IMG/VR virus record: IMGVR_UViG_3300023257_000007
Coordinates: 284,223-348,222 of that record
Reading direction: 5' to 3' (one strand)
Length of the DNA: 64,000 nucleotides
Shown here: one piece after another, positions 62,679 through 64,000 of the stretch
Layout: every line of letters starts with the position of its first letter
How positions within the stretch are numbered: the stretch's first letter is position 1
Made by a program: the position numbers and the translations under genes
Notes under the pieces: generated by a model
Seen by the model: the letters and a program-made list of their open reading frames with translations, nothing else
Told to the model about the DNA's origin: nothing
Databases searched by the model: none

Positions 62679-62962
62679 ATGAACTACACATTAGCTAAAG
62701 ACTAATGTGTTTCAGGTTTCATAGACTCATCTAATGACAACGCCTCCACCTGTTTTTGTTTAATGTCCGACTCAATCCCTGAACCAGACAATATTTTTAA
62801 TCCTTGTTTTAATATGTTTTTAGCTGCATTAAAATCTCTATCATGATTGGTTTCACATGATGGACAAGTCCATTCTCTATCTTTTAATGTTAAATTTTGG
62901 TTTATCCAACCACAATTAGAACACATTTTACTTGATGGAAAAAATCTATCAATTTTTACATA
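62679..62962 (-). mobile_element. tnpB: IS200/IS605 remnant: TnpB C-terminal fragment plus intact right end
   Basis: [17 protein letters not shown]...WTCPSC...[11 protein letters not shown]; hairpin acacattag/ctaatgtgt (62686-62710) ending GTAGTTCAT. Confidence 0.8.
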
Positions 62963-63254
62963 TTGACTCGTATCCTCGTATTTTTCTTAACGTGAAGCGA
63001 GGTTGCTCATTGCATCCGAACGCTCGGTGACACTGCGGTTCAAAATAAAAATTATTCGTCTTTATCTTCTTTAGTAATATATTCTGAAACTTCATTCAGC
63101 CATTTGGCAAAATTCTTTTGTCTAATAAACATTATTACTAAAAGTATTGTCATTACGACATCTACATAAGATACTGAATTTTCAAACATGGTTTAAATTT
63201 TTATTTATTGATTAATACTACTAAATTACATTTTTGTCTACTCGATACGAAAAA

Positions 63255-63517
63255 GCATCGAACAGTGTGTATAACAAATGAACCTTGTGATGACAGATTC
63301 AACTCTCAGTCTTTAATTTTTAATTCTTTTCTTCTTTTTACTTCTTCATCCTTTTTGTGCCAAACTAAAAAATCTGTAAATTTATCCATTTGTTCTTTGT
63401 CTAATAAACATTCAAACGTTACTTGTAATTTCTTCCTCTCTTTCATGATTCCTATATATTTAAGCTAAAATTAAATTCTTTCGTTTCACTTGTCATACAC
63501 ACCGAGCGTTATGCAAC
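63255..63517 (+). mobile_element. attC-like site with a long loop containing a 46-aa ORF (63306-63446, minus strand)
   Basis: gcatcgAAC a gtgtgtataacaaatgaa ... ttcacttgtcatacacac cgagc GTTatgc; arms 16/18 complementary. Confidence 0.55.
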
Positions 63518-63814
63518 ATTTACTGCATCATAACTCTTGTTTGCTTCTCTTTTACGTTCCTTACTTAGTGTCCATCCATTTTCTGTCATAAACTCAATAT
63601 CGCCATTATAAAGCTGTTCTTCTGTGCATTCAATAAGCATCCATCTGTATCTATCATTTGTTCGTTTCTGGAAGCTGTGCACTCCTTTGTAATGGCTAAA
63701 CCATTTATATCCATTAAATACCATTCCTATATATTTTTCTGTATCAAAACGTTGCATAACAACACCTATATTTAATGCCTCGTTTTGTGGTAATTTATCA
63801 GTTTCTTTTTTCAT
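63509..63814 (-). CDS. cassette-borne hypothetical protein
   Basis: Start lies inside the loop of the next site; TAA overlaps the GTTA core at 63508. Confidence 0.75.
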   Translation of the reverse strand: MKKETDKLPQNEALNIGVVMQRFDTEKYIGMVFNGYKWFSHYKGVHSFQKRTNDRYRWMLIECTEEQLYNGDIEFMTENGWTLSKERKREANKSYDAVNVA

Positions 63815-63886
63815 TTCTAAAGTATTTAAGTTTATAAAATTTCGTGTATTTGTTCGGCACTAAACATAGCCCAACGTTACCTGCAA
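63751..63886 (+). mobile_element. attC-like site (about 130 bp)
   Basis: gttgcatAAC aacac ctatatttaatgcc ... ggcactaaacatag cccaac GTTacct; arms 12/14 complementary. Confidence 0.65.
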
Positions 63887-64000
63887 TGCCTCTCCACACT
63901 TGCGATAGTGTCGTGAATAGCCCCGCCATGTGAGAATAGTGCAATTCGCTCAACTGCAAAGCCTCTATTTTTACCCATCGTGTTGCTATGGTAGCCGAAT
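63877..64000 (-). CDS. 3' end of a gene, probably of a phage methyltransferase-like family (partial)
   Basis: ...FGYHSNTMGKNRGFAVERIALFSHGGAIHDTIASVERHCR*; stop overlaps GTTA at 63876. Confidence 0.5.
   Translation of the reverse strand, partial: FGYHSNTMGKNRGFAVERIALFSHGGAIHDTIASVERHCR

Noticed and set aside
1-64000. Eukaryotic giant virus or bacterial chromosome origin, suggested by LRR, ankyrin, Pth2, HU and CoaB genes
   Set aside because: Overlapping stop-start operons, intrinsic terminators, the gp17-like gene, T4-like leaders and the high density of orphan genes fit a large bacteriophage better. Core structural genes are not in this window, so this remains an inference.
63890-64000. 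GC-richer stretch as a tRNA or ncRNA
   Set aside because: No cloverleaf or T-loop motif is visible; it reads as the 3' end of a minus-strand CDS.

Overview
This very AT-rich, gene-dense window with mostly short ORFs is best read as part of a large/jumbo T4-like phage. The host is probably Bacteroidota (inference): the window carries a captured T9SS cargo gene, REP-like hairpins, attC-like sites and TAnnTTTG promoter elements. Recognisable genes are HU, Pth2, CoaB and a truncated CoaC, a NUDIX hydrolase, an HD protein, a GGCT, a MoxR-like AAA+/VWA pair, a dispersed nuclease-helicase-methyltransferase set, ART-like, LRR and ankyrin paralogs, TnpB (one intact, one fragment), three homing-type endonucleases and a degenerate terminase ATPase paralog. 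Main highlights: (1) a dUTPase fractured by a naturally split intein with atypical catalytic residues and two genes between the halves; (2) a window-wide system of portable terminal peptide tags on dozens of unrelated proteins (a T4 capsid-targeting-like N-terminal leader, a C-terminal xx[K/D/N/R][L/M]GL[L/I/M] tail and a basic RKxKLxR[I/V] tail), linked to a TTAATATATA promoter-like motif; (3) an integron-like attC cassette array with reverse-oriented genes at the right edge; (4) a roughly 5.7 kb host-like island encoding a 1611-aa T9SS substrate; (5) many deletion or frameshift scars, which may be real or assembly artefacts. No rRNA, tRNA or CRISPR array was seen. All calls come from reading motifs by eye; no database searches were run.
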